A stretch of 63,381 nucleotides of DNA, filler included, from Chiloscyllium plagiosum (GCF_004010195.1; 4 parts of one record of this genome joined end to end with filler, not necessarily neighbours in it); one strand, 5' to 3'; shown: positions 25,481 through 39,100, counted from the whole stretch's first letter. Program-made: numbers and translations. The notes: generated by a model from the letters alone, not told the origin.

Positions 25481-27199
25481 ATCTAAGAAGGACTAGATTA
25501 ATTGTGAAAACTGGGCAGCATGCACATGTTAGGCAAATGTTGTACACCTCTAACTTTATCTTCTACAAACTTTCCAGCATTAACACCCTTTTTGGAAATG
25601 AGACTCCATGTGAAAACTAACCTATCCAGCGCCAGTGAGGTGGATCATTTGTTGTGCTATTAAAAATCGGCAACCCCTGACTGCAGTAGCCCTAACTTCT
25701 TCAAGTGTTTTAGAATGGAACTAACAGGCAAGTAAATGAGGCTGACATCACTGAATGCCAAGTCCATAGGTTACGAATTCAATCAAGAGCACCTTGATCA
25801 GGAGCAGGTGTTCCTTACGTATTGCAGATACTGGAAATCTGAAAAAAAAACAAAGTGCTGGGGAAACTCAGCAAGTCTGGCAGCATCTGTACAGAAAACA
25901 AAACATTGAGTCCAATGATCCTTCATCAGAATACAACATTTCTTAAAGTGATTTTTGGATGACTGATTAGTTGTGCATTTGTGTAAAACAAAATTTGCGG
26001 CTAGATTTACCTTTTAACAATGTCAAGCACTGATAGCCTTGTCATTGTCATTGCTGGTTTCACTTCTTTTCTCTGGGGCCTGTTCGAACTAAAGTAACAG
26101 TGTAAATGGGCAACTTGTTCCAATAGACTCTTGAACCGCACTATACCAACCACCAATAGGTTTGAACAAGTGCTTACCCTCTCATTTTGTTTCCTGTTCT
26201 GAGAAGTTACATGCCTCACCATACCACAGTGATGCTGTTATGGTTTGTAAATTTGCAGGATTGAGGACTTTGGTAAAAAGCAATATTCCATGACACTGAA
26301 TCATTTGATATTATTTTTTGTGTAATGTTTTGCATCATCATCCAAAATGCTTCTTTAAATTCAGGCCCCTGCTAGCACTTGTTGGCTGAAAGAGGAGATG
26401 AAATGACCTACCCTCCAATTTTTCAGCATTAAATCTTCATTAAGTCTGTTGGAGGCATGCAGACGTATTATGGTGTGGTTACCTGCAAACTTTTCTTTGT
26501 TATTTTGACAGGAAACCAGTTTCTGTTCAGCATTTTCGATTTTAGAAAAGTAAGAACAACAATTCTCTACATTTAGAATTGCAGAAATGAATTTGAGACC
26601 TATCAATGCCTTGAATTCAGTTTCTCCCATAAAATATGAATAAAGTATTTTGTCATTTTTTAAGGCAAGTTGTAGACAACAATCTGTCATTCACAAACTT
26701 GTCTTAACAAAGAAACTCACTGCTGGTGTGCTTTTCCTTGTATCTCAGTTGGTCTCCAGTGTCTTGCTGAAGTAACTATTGGAATGGCTTCTTATGTGAT
26801 AACTATTCACCCCATTGCTTTTTACAACGGTAAACATCCTCGTCCCTCTACCTCATCTTTTTCCTATAGCTCAACAATTATCTAAAGAGAGAGAATTGCC
26901 TGATTCTCTTTTGAAAGCGTATTGACTGAGTGTTGGCATCTTTCTTGACCACAGGGTGAATTGCAGTTGAATCTGATCATGTCCTCATTTGAATGAAGCC
27001 ACGCAGGAAGACATACCTCTCAAATGGAGGAGCTGAATCACAGTCATGAGCGAAAACCTTGGCCCTTCCATGCTCTTGCTACTTTTACATTGAGGTCAAC
27101 TAATAAATGTGTCTGTTCACCTGTGTGGTACAGTTATTTGTAGATAAACTTTATGTTTGTTCTTTAACCTGCTAGCAGAGACAAGAGATACAGAAAAAA

Positions 27200-28480
27200 T
27201 ATGCAAGGCCATCATTCTTTGTCACTGATGGAGGGATCAGGGAATGCACTGTCAAATAGCATTGGGTGTTAGATGGGAAGCAGACCTGGAAGAGATCATG
27301 GAGGCCAAAACTAATGAGAATGAGACATTGATATCAATGTACTGGGAAACTATGCCTATGGATGCCTTTGATGGCAGGGACTTTATATTGAGTGAATGTC
27401 ACAGCTGAGCTTTGGCAGAGTTGGTGGTTGTTTAGTTTGGACCTTGGAAGATCAGTGAGGAGACTGGGAAGTATGCCTAGCTGAAAGTAAAACATAAACA
27501 AATCACTGGAAAATCTCAGGAGGTCTGGCAGTACCTGTAGAGAGAAAGCAGGGTTAACGTTTCAGGTCCAGTGACTTTCCTCAGAACTGATGCACAGATG
27601 CTGTGAGACCTGCTGAGTTTTTCCATTAACTTCTGCTTGTGTTTCTGATTTCCAGTTCTTTGTTTAGCTAAAAATTATCAAGATGAGAACAGATTTGACA
27701 GGGATGGGGCTAAGGTGGACACAAAGGCAATATTACAGAGGTGGAAGTAAACACAGTGGGCAGATTAGTTGTAGAGTTTAAATTATAGTTCTTGTCCAAG
27801 GTTAAACAGAAAATAATATTTGATCCTCAGTCAGGTTGAATGAGGAGCTGGGCAGAGAATGGGATCAGGTGGAAACGATTGGGGTCTAATATTGTGCCCT
27901 TCTGGCATGGAACTATTTTCCAAACTCAATGAACTGAACCAGATTATTTGAATCTTGCCAGCATTTGTTTGGAAAAAGATCAGACTCTCTACCAATAGCC
28001 ATTGAATGGGCAGTTAAACAGCACAGTAACAAGAATGATAATACAGTGCTAATGCTGCAGCAAAATACAAAAATAAAAAGCATTTTCTCAGGTAACGTTG
28101 CTGAGGTGTAGCATGTTAAGTAAACCTAAAAGGGAACCAAAGATGTAATCTTTGAGCATGCTGGAGGTGTTTATGCACAGATGAGACAGAAGTCACTGCA
28201 AGAAAAGAGCTGGTTACATTGGGACAGGGAAGAGTGAAAAAAAGGACAAGAAGCAGGTGAACACGTGTCAGAACATGGAACGATGAACTATTTTGAAGGG
28301 TGCTGTGAAAGTAGAGATGGGTTTTGTGAAAATTTTGCAAATAAGTTCGCAGTGCCACGATTAAGATAAATCAAACTGAAAAGATTAAAGACATATGTGG
28401 GTGTGGACGTGGAGCCAGATGACTATCATATTTGAGAATTATAAGAAAGGAGGTTACATATAGTTGAAATGGTTAAAAAT
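27200..28480 (-). mobile_element. Highly decayed L2-like LINE
   Basis: Purine-rich plus strand with L2-like remnants only. Boundaries are approximate. Confidence 0.35.
27490..27662. mobile_element. Fold-back PLE-derived element with hammerhead motif
   Basis: Inverted arms ggaaaatctcaggaggtct / agacctgctgagtttttcc. Minus strand reads gtt-CTGAGGA...GAAA-C-GTT-aac at ~27553-27590. Confidence 0.7.
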
Positions 28481-28849
28481 GACAGTTGTCTAGCGTGGCC
28501 TTCTCACAGACTGGGTGATCACAGGAGGTAAATAATACCTTGACAAAGGGAACACTTAAAATGTCAACAAATATTCACTCAGTTAGTAAGATGGCTAACT
28601 TAGTAAAAGGTGAAACTCCAAGGTGATAAGAACTTAAGAAATAGGCACTGAAATAGGCCAAATTCTGCTCCAGAATCCAGTAAAATCTTGGGCTGCTCTT
28701 CCTTATGACTAATGACAGAGTGACAACATTCAAACTGCTATGGAGACAGGGCATAAACGATTGTGGCAAGGGGAGGTTGACATAGCTGATCACAGAGCTT
28801 CCGTTTTTGAGTCAAATAAATTTCTAGCTTTTCACAAAGGTACAAAAAG

Positions 28850-29335
28850 GTATGAGAGTCGTAGAGACATACAGCACCTAAACAGTGCCTTTGGTCCAAT
28901 TTGTTCATGCCAACCAGATATTCTAAATTAATCTAATCCCATTCGTCAGCATTTGACCCTTCCTGTTCCTACACCTATCAGATGCATTTTAACTGATGCA
29001 ATTGTACCAGCCTCCACCACTTCTTCTGGCAGTTCATACCATACACACACTACCCTCTGTGTGAAAAAAGTTGCCTCTTAGGTCCCTTTTAACTCTTTCC
29101 CCTCTCATCTTAAACCTATGCCCTCTAGTTCTGGACTCCCCGACCCTGGAGAAAAAGACTTTGGCTATTCACCCTGTCAGTACCCCTCATGTAAACTCTA
29201 TAAGGGCACCCCTCAGCCCCTGATGCTCCAGAGAAAATAGTCCCAGCCTATTCAGCCTCTCCCTATAGCCCAAACCCTCCAACCCTGCCAACATCCTTGT
29301 AAATCTTTTTTGAACCCTTTCAACTTTCACAACAA
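28850..29335 (-). mobile_element. CR1 LINE 3' end
   Basis: Reverse of RLNRLGLFSLE...TRGHRFK...FFTQRVVCVW. Same subfamily as 31075-31770. Confidence 0.85.
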
Positions 29336-29699
29336 AGGGAGGGTTGGGAAGAGAGACTCTCAGAGAAAAAAGTGATTTGTCATGAAGAAGATTAAGGTTA
29401 TCCTTTAAATCTGACAGGATTGCTTCATGAGGTACAGAATAAAGCAGAAAAATATAAATTCAAAAGTTCAGGTCTTCACTTGCCTGAAAATCCAAGAGAT
29501 TTTTTCTCCCCCCTTTCTCAGGCAGCAACTGGAATCAGCAGATGCTGATGGAATCAGTGACTTCATAGGAAACTCATAAACTGATTGGTTGGTGAATATC
29601 CAGTCTGAGTATCTGTTTGCAAATGTCTGGGTTTGTTGGAGTTGATTGGACAGCACTTTTACTTTCTGCATTCTAGTCTTCACTTTAAAGTAACTAACC

Positions 29700-30335
29700 T
29701 GAAAGTAAACTTAAGGAATGGCAAAACAGCTTTTTTTTTAACCCATGTGATCTGCCCTCACTGACATGTGGAGAGTCATGGATGTTTGTTGTATCCAAGA
29801 CAACCACATTGTCTGTCCAGCTTCAAAAATGTGAATTCATGGCTTGGAAAGTGGAGTGGAGGTTGAAGTCATTGTAGTGCATCTGCAAAGCTGAGACTGA
29901 AGTGGATAAAATGTTTAACAAAGTGGTCACATTGCAGATTAAGGCACCTCTGGGACATTGGGAACATGCTGGGGCAGGTCAGACCTGTACAAAGATGGAG
30001 AGGTTACACATTAGTAGGGCCAGACCTAATATCCTCATGGGGAGATTGACTAGTGTTGCTGGGGAGCATGTAAAATAACTTGACTGGGGCATGGAAACCT
30101 GAAAGGAATTCAGATAGAATGAAATAAAGCAGCTTACGTGAATTAGTAAGACTGTAAATGGAGGTGGAAGGAAGCAGAAATAAGTGCTAATCAACTAGGG
30201 TCAAATTACACAATAATGTTAAAAAGGCAAAATTGAAAGCACATGATCTGAATGCATGTAGCATTTTCAACAAAATAGAGAAGTGCTGGTAGAAGTAAAA
30301 GAGTACTGTCTAATTGCCATTACTCACATGGTTGC
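29700..30335 (+). mobile_element. Decayed CR1 ORF1 to endonuclease N-terminus
   Basis: Remnants of HICRKC, HL...GTNIL, LNACSIFNK and IAITHTW. Confidence 0.55.
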
Positions 30336-30371
30336 TGGGAGGCTCAGGGTGGAAGTGACTATTGAACGATA

Positions 30372-31062
30372 TTTGGGAAAGCACAGCAGGTTAGGCAGCA
30401 TCCGAGCAGCAAGAGAATCGACATTTCGGGCAAAAGCCCTTCATCAGGAATGAGGCTGTGAGCTGAGGTGGGAGTGGGGGGGTCAGATAAAAGGGTGGGG
30501 TGGAGCTGCGGGGAAGGTAGATGGAAGTGAAGTAATGATGGTGATAGGTCAGAGGGGAGGGTGGAGCAGATAGGTGGGAAGGAAGGTGGATAGGTAGGAC
30601 AGGTCATGAGGGTGGTGTCAAATTGGAAGGTTGGAAATGCCATAAGTTGGCAGGGGAAATGAGAAAACAGGTGAAATCCACATTGATGTCATGGGGTTGG
30701 AGAGTCCCGAGGTGGAAGATGAGGTGTTCTTCTTCCAGGCGTCGGGTGGTTAGGGAGTGGCAATGGTGGAGGCCCAGGACCTACATGTCCTTGGCGGAGT
30801 CGGAGAGGGAGTTGAAGTGTTCTGCCACGGGGCGGTGGGGTTGGTTGGTATGGGTGTCCTCTGCAAGTAGGCATCCGGAATCTCCAATGTAGAGGAGATC
30901 ACACTGGGAGCAACAGATAGAGTAAATGTAGTGTGGAAATGCAGCTAAAACTCTGATGGATGTGGAAGTCTCCTTTGGGGCCTTGGACAGAGGTGAGGGG
31001 GGAGGTATGGGTGCAGGCTTTGCAATTCCTGCAATGGCAGGGGAAGGTGCCGGGAGGGGAGG
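30372..31062 (-). mobile_element. Neptune-type PLE 3' portion
   Basis: Reverse of LLYIGD...VAEHFNSLSDS..MVLGLH...RLEEEHLIFHLGTLQPHDIN. Hammerhead motif at ~30420-30447. Confidence 0.88.
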
Positions 31063-31072
31063 TTGACATTTA

Positions 31073-31772
31073 TAGAACTATAGAGTCAATGTGATGTATA
31101 GCACAGAAACAGACTCTTCAGTCCAACTCGTCCATGTGAACCAGATATCCTAAAGTAATCTAATCCCATTTGGCAGCACTTGGCCCATATTCCTCTAAAC
31201 TCTTCCTATTCATATACCCCATACAGATGCCTTTTAAATGCTGTAATTGTACTAGCCTCCAACACTTCCTCTAGCAGCTCATTCCATACACACACAACCC
31301 TCTGTGTGAAAAAGTTGCCCTTTCAATCTCTTTTAAATTTTTCCCCTCTCACCTTAGACTTATGCCCTCTAGTTCTGGACTCCGCTGCCCCAGGGAAAAG
31401 ACCTTGTCTATTTAACCTATCCATGCCCCTCATGATTTTATAAACCTCTATAAGGTCATCCCTAAGTCTCCGACTCTGCAGGCAAAACAGCCCCAGCCAA
31501 TTCAGCCTCTCCCTATAGCTCAAACCCTCCAACCCTGACAACATCCTTTCAAGTTTCACCACATCTTTCTGATAGGAGGGTGACCGGAATTGTACACAGC
31601 ATTCAAAAAGTGGCTTAACCAACATCCTATACAGCTGCAAAATGACCTCCCAACTATTATATTCAATGCTCTGACCAATAAAGGAAAGCATACCAAACAC
31701 CTTCTTCACTATCCTATCTACCTGCAACTCCACTTTCAAGGAGCTATGAACCTGCACTCGAAGATCTCTTTA
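31073..31772 (-). mobile_element. CR1 LINE 3' portion
   Basis: ORF 31323-31757 is the CR1 RT C-terminal region. Tail ctctatagttctat. Confidence 0.9.
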
Positions 31773-32794
31773 CTCTGATTCTAGTTTAGATTTTTCTGTC
31801 TGCCAATTCATGCAAACTGGACAGAGTAAACTACTGCTTTGTGCATCAGGGGTAGAATATAATTCCTCACACCAGCTCTCAACCTTGCCCTTGTCTGAAA
31901 CATAGTGACCCTCACCACCAGTTGTCTCTCTCTAATGTGTGTGCTGCTGTTTGGTCCTCTGGGACTATGGCAACTTTACCTTTATCTACAATTCCTTGAA
32001 TGAGACGCTGTGCCAGAGGCAACTGCATTAATAATGTATCCAATGATTCAGTAGTATCATGCATCTGGAATCAAATTACAAATCATTGGCAGGTCATTCT
32101 TTTTGTAAGAATAAATATTAAAAATCATGGCCTCAGGCAATCGTGACTATTACATGGTGTGCATCAACTGCTTCTTTGTCATGTCAGATAAGCAAACCAT
32201 GAAGTGCAAAGTTAAAGGCCTCACTTGGTTTAGCCATTTCTGCAACACTTCTTAGACCTGATGCTGGAAATCAAAGCTTCGGAACTGCTATGTTTGCACA
32301 TCTAAGTATGTAAGGTCCACAAGGTGATGATCAAGGCTGGCTTCTTTTGGGAAGAGTTGCTACCACAGTAGATAAGTGCCTGAGTTTCACTCCCCCACTG
32401 TAACATTAGATATTTTATTCTGCAACTTGATAAGGTAAAAGTTTCTTGTGGATGCACGATATTGACATCTTTGCAAAGTGTCAAGACATAACATGCTATT
32501 TCATCATGATTGACTGGGGACTCAGGACACCAGAGATGGAGCCTGGTGTTGGAGTATTCCTGGTGAACTTGGTATGACTTAGACAACAGCTTTAAATAAG
32601 AGACCAATACAATGTCATCAGTAAGCCCCCAACCAGAAGAATAACCTTCAGTGGCTGCTGCACAGTGTCCAGAGAGAGGTGCAGCTGGTCAAGATCCTCC
32701 AGGAGGCAGAGGACAATAACCAAACCTAAATCTACCAAACTCACTCTCATTTTCTATATCTCTTAGAAACCCAGTGCAGATGGAGGCAACTGCA

Positions 32795-33252
32795 GATGTC
32801 CTGGGCCATCAACGCTGAACTGCATCATCTGCCAGAGCAGGACTTGCCTATCACCAACCTGCAAAGGTCTTCAACTGAAAATATTTCCACTTCATTAATG
32901 TCTAGTTTACCTGTGACCACAGGTGCCTGATTTTGGATACCCTGCACCAGATGCCCTGGGAACTGCCATGATGTTTATGTTCTAGAGAACTCACAGTTCT
33001 GCTTTCTTCCAAGATGCTCAGGCCAAATAAGGATGTCTGTTGGATAAGGTGGACCCACTGCAAATGTGGCTGATGACACCTTTACAAAACCCTCAGAATG
33101 ACGCAGAACAGAGTTGCATTGCTGGCCACCTGGGCCAATGTGGAATAGACTATAGGCCTACTTAAGAAGCTTTCACTCGGGCAGTACATTGCAGCATAGC
33201 CTGGAAAGGGCAAGCCACATTACTTTGACATGCTGCACCCTTAACAACTGGA
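32795..33252 (+). pseudogene. PIF/Harbinger DDE transposase relic
   Basis: FN*KYFHFINV*FTCDHRCLILDT / CTRCPGNCHDVYVLENSQ / LLDKVDPLQMWLMTPLQNPQNDAEQ / VE*TIGLLK / LQHSLERASHITLTCCTLNN are colinear with HARBI1-family motifs. Confidence 0.85.
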
Positions 33253-34123
33253 TTGTCTGAGGGTGAGGATCAGGCCATTGGTCACGAGGGACATGCAGGA
33301 GACTGTGATAGAGCTGGCACTGTTGAGAGTGTGATACCTCATTGAAACCCACTTCTGGGATGAATGAGCTGGGTCTGGACTTCCTTTTGTTGTATAGCCT
33401 CCTGTTGGTTACCTGGCAAGTAGCCCCTGGTCATTCCATACTACATGTGGACCTGGTTATTTCGGCAGTCTTCGATCTTTTCTGTTCCTAAATATTTCTT
33501 TTCTTATATATATATATGATTATACACTTTCTACCTTTGGGTGATCCCACTTGTAACTTTCATTACAGGTTCTACTGAGTGTAGGGAGACAGCAGCAGTC
33601 AGAGACAGGGCAGTAATATCGTATGACACTGATGTTACGCGGCTTTTAAAGCTTCCATCAGCATATGGTATCTAAGTGTTGTGTGATGCTGTCTGTCATG
33701 ACAGGCAGCAGTTTGGTTGTAAATTTGTCATACCTTCTTTTCATCCTTCCATCATCAGTTCCCGTTCAGCATTTCAAAGTTTATTTTGACATCTAAAATG
33801 CCCTGACGTGCTTGAGCATCCTATCGGAGAGAGTTTATCCTCAGACAGGCAGTGGTTTGTGCTCCTTCTCTCAATGAACCACTGCACTTTGAAGAAGAGA
33901 GAACATGTGTATGTCCCCATTCCTCTATCTCTCAGCCTTGAACGGCAGTGTGATCCCTTGAAAAGTTGACTGATACAATGAAACTTTGCAATATAGATGT
34001 GTGGAGTCATCACCGATTCCGTGTGCTCACTGGTAACATTAAATTATAAACAGGGCCTTGGATAGGGGTCATTCATTAGGTTCTAATAACTGGGGCCCAG
34101 GGTTCTCAGGGTGTGCTGTGCTT

Positions 34124-34346
34124 AGAGTCATACAGCATGGAAATATCCAGCTCCTCCATGCAACCAGTTATCCTAAACTGAACTAATCCCATTTGCCTGC
34201 ATTTGACCCAAAACCCTCTAAATCTTTCCTATTCATGTACCTCTCCAAATGTATTTTAAATGTTGCAATCATAACCGCCTCTAGCACTTCCTCTGACAGC
34301 TCGCTCCATAACAGGCACCACACTTTGTGAAAAAGTTGTCCTCAGG
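34124..34346 (-). mobile_element. CR1 3' end fragment
   Basis: agagtcatacagcatggaaa...aaatgttgcaatc...gtgaaaaagttg. Confidence 0.75.
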
Positions 34347-34981
34347 TTAGGGTGTCAGCGAGTGGCCCAGGCCAGACATTAGGGCCCTCTCAATTTCTCT
34401 TCCTGCCCTGAGTGTGAATGATTTCTGCAGGGCTAACCCCAATACAATCCACACTGTGTTTCTTTGGCCTCGGTGTTAACCACATTAAAGACTTGCATGC
34501 AGTCATCAATGTCATGGTTCAAGTGTGAATGAGACCTGATGTCATCTATAGTCAAGAAGTTGATTACTTGTGAGTCATGAGCAATTCTTAAGAAATTCAC
34601 CCTTTCTTTCAACCTTGGTATGTCTGAAGAGGTCACTCATCACTCAGATAGGGGAGACTTCACCAGATCCAACAGCAACAAGGACACTATAGAGTGCGTG
34701 TAAACATATATTTACCCGAGTGCAAAGTCATTTAAAATGATATTGCATCTGTGCTACCTTTGTGCCCTCAGTAGGTATTTCTCTTCCTTTCCCTCCCACA
34801 ACATCGAAGCACAGAACCCACTGCTGGTGTGAAGGGAGCCTGCTATGTTCTTTGCCCTGTGGGTCGATCATTCGGTCATTCTCAAGGACATTTGGCTGAA
34901 AGGATCCAGATTGAATGCAGGCTCACCCTCCTTAGCTTGGACGACAGTAAGTGTTGGCTTCACATGCTGGGGAACCAGGTT

Positions 34982-35295
34982 GGGAACGATGGGCCAGGAC
35001 TGAGGATTGGGGAGGATGGTCCGGGGATGTGGGATGGGGAGGATGGGCCGGGAATGTGGCATGGGGAGGATGGGCCAGGGATGCAGGGTGGGGAGGATGG
35101 GCCGGGGATGCGGGGTAGGGAGGATGAGCCGGGGAGGATGGTCGGGGATGTGGGATGGGGAGGATGGGCCGGGAATGTGGCATGGGGAGGATGGGCCAGG
35201 GATGCAGGGTGGGGAGGATGGGCCGGGGATGCGGGGTAGGGAGGATGAGCCGGGGATGTGGGATAGGGAGGATGAGCCAGGGATGTGGGGTGGGA
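34982..35295 (+). repeat. G-rich 27-bp minisatellite
   Basis: Unit ggggaggatgggccggggatgtgggat, about 11 copies, running into the gap. Confidence 0.92.
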
Positions 35296-35395
35296 NNNNN
35301 NNNNNNNNNNNNNNNNNNNNNNNNNNNNNNNNNNNNNNNTTAATTAATTAANNNNNNNNNNNNNNNNNNNNNNNNNNNNNNNNNNNNNNNNNNNN
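35296..35395. other. Artificial contig linker
   Basis: 44N + TTAATTAATTAA + 44N. Confidence 0.97.
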
Positions 35396-36099
35396 CTTAA
35401 ACATTTATGCAGCTAAAGGGAATGTTGGTTAAAGATACCGTAGTTAGTGCTTATTTTATTCCAGGCACACCAGCCTAGGAGCACATCCTTCCTGTATCTA
35501 TCCTCTCGAGCTCTTGAAGATTTTTGTTCATTTGAAGTGTTTCATGTTTAGATACTCCAGAGAAGACAGCTTCAAGCTCCTCAATCTCTCCTGCCAGGGC
35601 AATGCTGCTGTTAGTATTCAATTCACTGGTGCATGTTACTGGCTGCTTCGTGGACTGGAACTGACAATTGAGACTGAAAGGTTACTGTATAAAATATCTT
35701 CAATGTTATTGCCAGACGTGAGTGGTTTTAGGAAAATGACCTTGACTTACGGGCATTGAGTGTCAGAGCACTTCCTGTTGTGGGGCATCCTGTTTAGATT
35801 CAATCTATTGATATCTATTAGAACTGACTTGCAGTGGCTCAAAGTGGTCAGAGCATTATGGCTGTCATCGAAGCTGGTAACAAACTTCCCATGGTTTCAA
35901 AATCGTAAATGATAGAGTAGGTACGAGGTCTGATGACACTGTTGGAGTACTGATGTTGTTGTTAATCACATTAACTCGGCAGGAGTTGACTGAATTTATA
36001 TTGTCTCTTTCTGAATCTCAAGATGTCTCTCTGGGCAATATGTCTCCAATAAACAGCAATGTGACAATGCACAGGGATCATCTGTTTTGATTTAAATTG

Positions 36100-36390
36100 G
36101 AGTCCAGCCTTGGTCAACAGCCAGTGTGGAGTTTGCACATTCCCCTATGATTGTGTGGGCCCCCTCCAGGTGCTCTGGTTTCCTTGCACAGTTCAAATAT
36201 TTGTGGGTTAGGTGGGTCATTTGTGCGAAATTGTCCACAGTGTCCAGGATTGTGCAGAATAGGTGGATCAGCCATGGGAAATGCAGTGGTACAAGGATGG
36301 AGTGCTCCAGGTGGGATGCTCTTTGGATGGTTGGTGGGGTTTGATGGGTCAATTCTCTCATGCCACACTGTTGGGATTCTATTCTATGAT
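36100..36390 (+). mobile_element. HE1-type SINE, diverged and 5'-truncated
   Basis: gtgtggagtttgcacattccc...ggttaggtgg...ggattctattctatga. Confidence 0.78.
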
Positions 36391-36481
36391 TGAGGATAAA
36401 GGCTATTCTATGATTGAGGATAAAGCAGGGTGTCCTTGGAGAAGGAGCATGTGGTATGTATCAATGCTCTCGATGCCTTTA

Positions 36482-37211
36482 GATGGGGTACTGGGCTAAT
36501 GGTCGGATACTTGGTAGTGTGGATGAGCAGAGGGATCTTGGTGTCCATGTACACAGATCTCTGAAAGTTGCCACCCAGGTAAATAGTGCGGTGAGGAAGG
36601 CATATGGCGTATTGGCTTTTATTGGTAGAGGAATTGAGTTCCGGAGTCCTGAGGTCATGATGCAGTTGTATAAGACTCTGGTGCGGCCGCATCTGGAATA
36701 TTGTGTGCAGTTTTGGTCGCCATACTATAGGAAGGATGTGGAGGGATTGGAACGGGTGCAGAGGAGGTTTACCAGGATGTTGCCTGGTATGGAAGGAAAA
36801 TCGTATGAGGGAAGACTGAGGCACTTGGGGCTGTTTTCACTAGAGAAAAGAAGGTTTAGGGGTGACTTGATTGAGGTGTACAAGATGATTAGGGGGTTAG
36901 ATAGGGTCGACAGTATGAACCTTTTCCCGCGTATTGAGTCGGGTATTACAAGGGGGCATAGCTTTAAATTAAGGGGGAGTAGATATAGGACTGATGTTAG
37001 GGGTAGGTTCTTCACTCAGCGGGTCGTTAGTTCATGGAATGCCCTGCCAGTAACAGTGGTGGACTCTCCATCTTTATGGGCATTTAAGAGGGCATTGGAT
37101 ACGTATATGGAGGATAGTGGGTTAGTGTAGTTTAGGTGGGCTTGGATCGGCGCAACATCGAGGGCCCAAGGGCCTGTACTGCGCTGTATTCTTCTATGTT
37201 CTATGTTCTAT
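36482..37211 (+). mobile_element. CR1 (HER1-type) LINE 3' portion, young subfamily
   Basis: Intact 215-aa frame 36483-37130 and a (TTCTATG)x3 tail. Near-identical to 6351-7165. Confidence 0.95.
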
Positions 37212-38572
37212 GTTCACAAACACCTTTCACTCTGACATTAAGTTCACCTGGACAATCTCCAACATGTCTATCCCCTTCCTGGACCTCTCCATCTCCATCT
37301 CCGGCAACCGACTTAACACAGACATCTATTTCAAACCCAACAACTCCCACAGCTACCTTGACTATGCCTCCTCCCACACCCCTCCTGTAAAAATGCAATC
37401 CCTTACTCTCAATTCCCCCGCCTTCACCATATTTGCTCCCTGGAGGAGCAATTCCACTCCAGGACATCCCAGATGGCCTCCTATTTCAAGGACCACAATT
37501 TCCCCTCCCATGTGGTCAACAATGGCCTCCAGCGCATCTCCTCCATTTCTCGCACCTCTGCCCTTGAACCCCACCCTTTCAACAGCAACAAGGATAGAAC
37601 CCCTGGTCCTCATCTGATATTGATATTGATTGTGGATGATCAGCCATGATCATAATGAATAGTGGTGCTGGCTCGAAGGGCCGAATGGCCTACTCCTGTT
37701 CCTATTGTCTATTGTCACCTCTGACCCTACCAATCTCTGGATATAGCACATTATCCCCAGCCATTTCCTCCACCTACAATCAGACCCCACCACCAGAGAT
37801 ATATTTCCCTTCCCACCCCATCTGCATTCTGCTGAGACCATTCCCTGTGTGACTCCCTTCTACTCACAGGTCTACTCACAGCACCTTCTCTTGCTGCCGC
37901 ATGAGGTATAAAACCTGCACCCACACCTCCCCCCTCACCTCCGTCCAAGGCCCCAAAGGATCTTTTCACATGCAGCAGAGATTTTCCTGCACATGTCTAC
38001 TGTGTCCGTTGCTCTTGATGTGGTCTCCTTTACTTTGGGGAGGCAGGACGACAACCCGCAGAATGTTTCAGGGAACATCTCTGGGACACACACAGCAAAC
38101 AACCCGCAACCCTATGGCCAACCACTTCAACTTCCCCTTTCACTCCCCCAAGAGCATGCAAGTCCTGAGCCTCCTCCACCGCCAATCCTCCACCAACTGG
38201 AGGAAAAATGCCTCATCATCCACCTTGGGACACTTAAGCCACACAGCATCAACATTGACTTCACTAGTTTTGAAATCTCCCCTCCCTCCACCTCATCCCA
38301 GATCAAACCCTCCAACTCAGCACTGCCCTCTTGAACTGTCCTACCTGTCCATCTTCCTTCCCACCCGTCCACTCCACCCTCTTCTCCGACTGATCAATTT
38401 AACCCCCCATCTGCATCTACCTATCGCTTTCCCATCTACCTCACCCCTCCCCCCTAATTATTTCTCAGCCCCTTCCCCCTTCATATTCCTGATGAAGGGC
38501 TTATGCCTGAAATGTTGACTCTCCTGCTGCTCAGATGCTGCCTGACCGGCTGTACTTTTCCAGCACCACACT
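37212..38572 (+). mobile_element. Degenerate Neptune-type PLE with a small CR1 tail nested at ~37625-37715
   Basis: FTNTFHSDIKFTW...PFLDLSI...YFKPNNSHSYLDY and LGTLKPHSIN. Hammerhead motif at ~38489-38517. Confidence 0.88.
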
Positions 38573-38579
38573 TTTCGGG

Positions 38580-39100
38580 GTATGCCTCTATTGTTCCTAT
38601 GAAAGTGCATAACCTCACACTTTCCCACATTGTATTCCACTGGCTACTTCTTTGCCCACCTTCTAAGCCTGTCCAAATGCTTCTGCAGCTTCCCCACTTC
38701 CTTAACATTACCTGTCCCTCCACCTATCTTTGCGTCATCTGCAAACTTAGCAACAATGTCCTTAGTTCATTCATCCAAATCATTCATGCATAACATGAAT
38801 AGCTATGGTCCCAACTTAACCCTGTGGAACTCTACTAATCACCGACTGCCATCCTGAAAAAGCCTCCTTAATCCCTGCTCTCTGCCTTCTGTCAATCAGC
38901 CAATCCTCTGTCCATGCCAGTGAATATTCTTATATTATTTAGCATCATCCTGTGAGGCAACTCATCAAGGGCCTTCTGGAAATCTAAATGGAGTATGTCA
39001 ACTTGCTCTCTCTTGTCTAACTTGCTCATTACCTCCTCAGAGAATTCTTACAGTATTGGCAGGCATATCTCCCCTTGACAAAGCTGTGCTGACTCAGTTC
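38580..39100 (-). mobile_element. CR1 RT fragment, degenerate
   Basis: Reverse of LDFQKALD, VPQG..LGP, KFADDAK, MEYNVGKCEVMHF. Confidence 0.82.

Noticed and set aside
34982..35295. CRISPR-like array
   Set aside because: The units are head-to-tail with no unique spacers, there are no cas genes, and the context is vertebrate.
34829..35351. ORFs with GEDGPGM / GRMGR repeats resembling collagen or prion-like proteins
   Set aside because: They are translations of a 27-bp minisatellite, with no splice signals or gene context.
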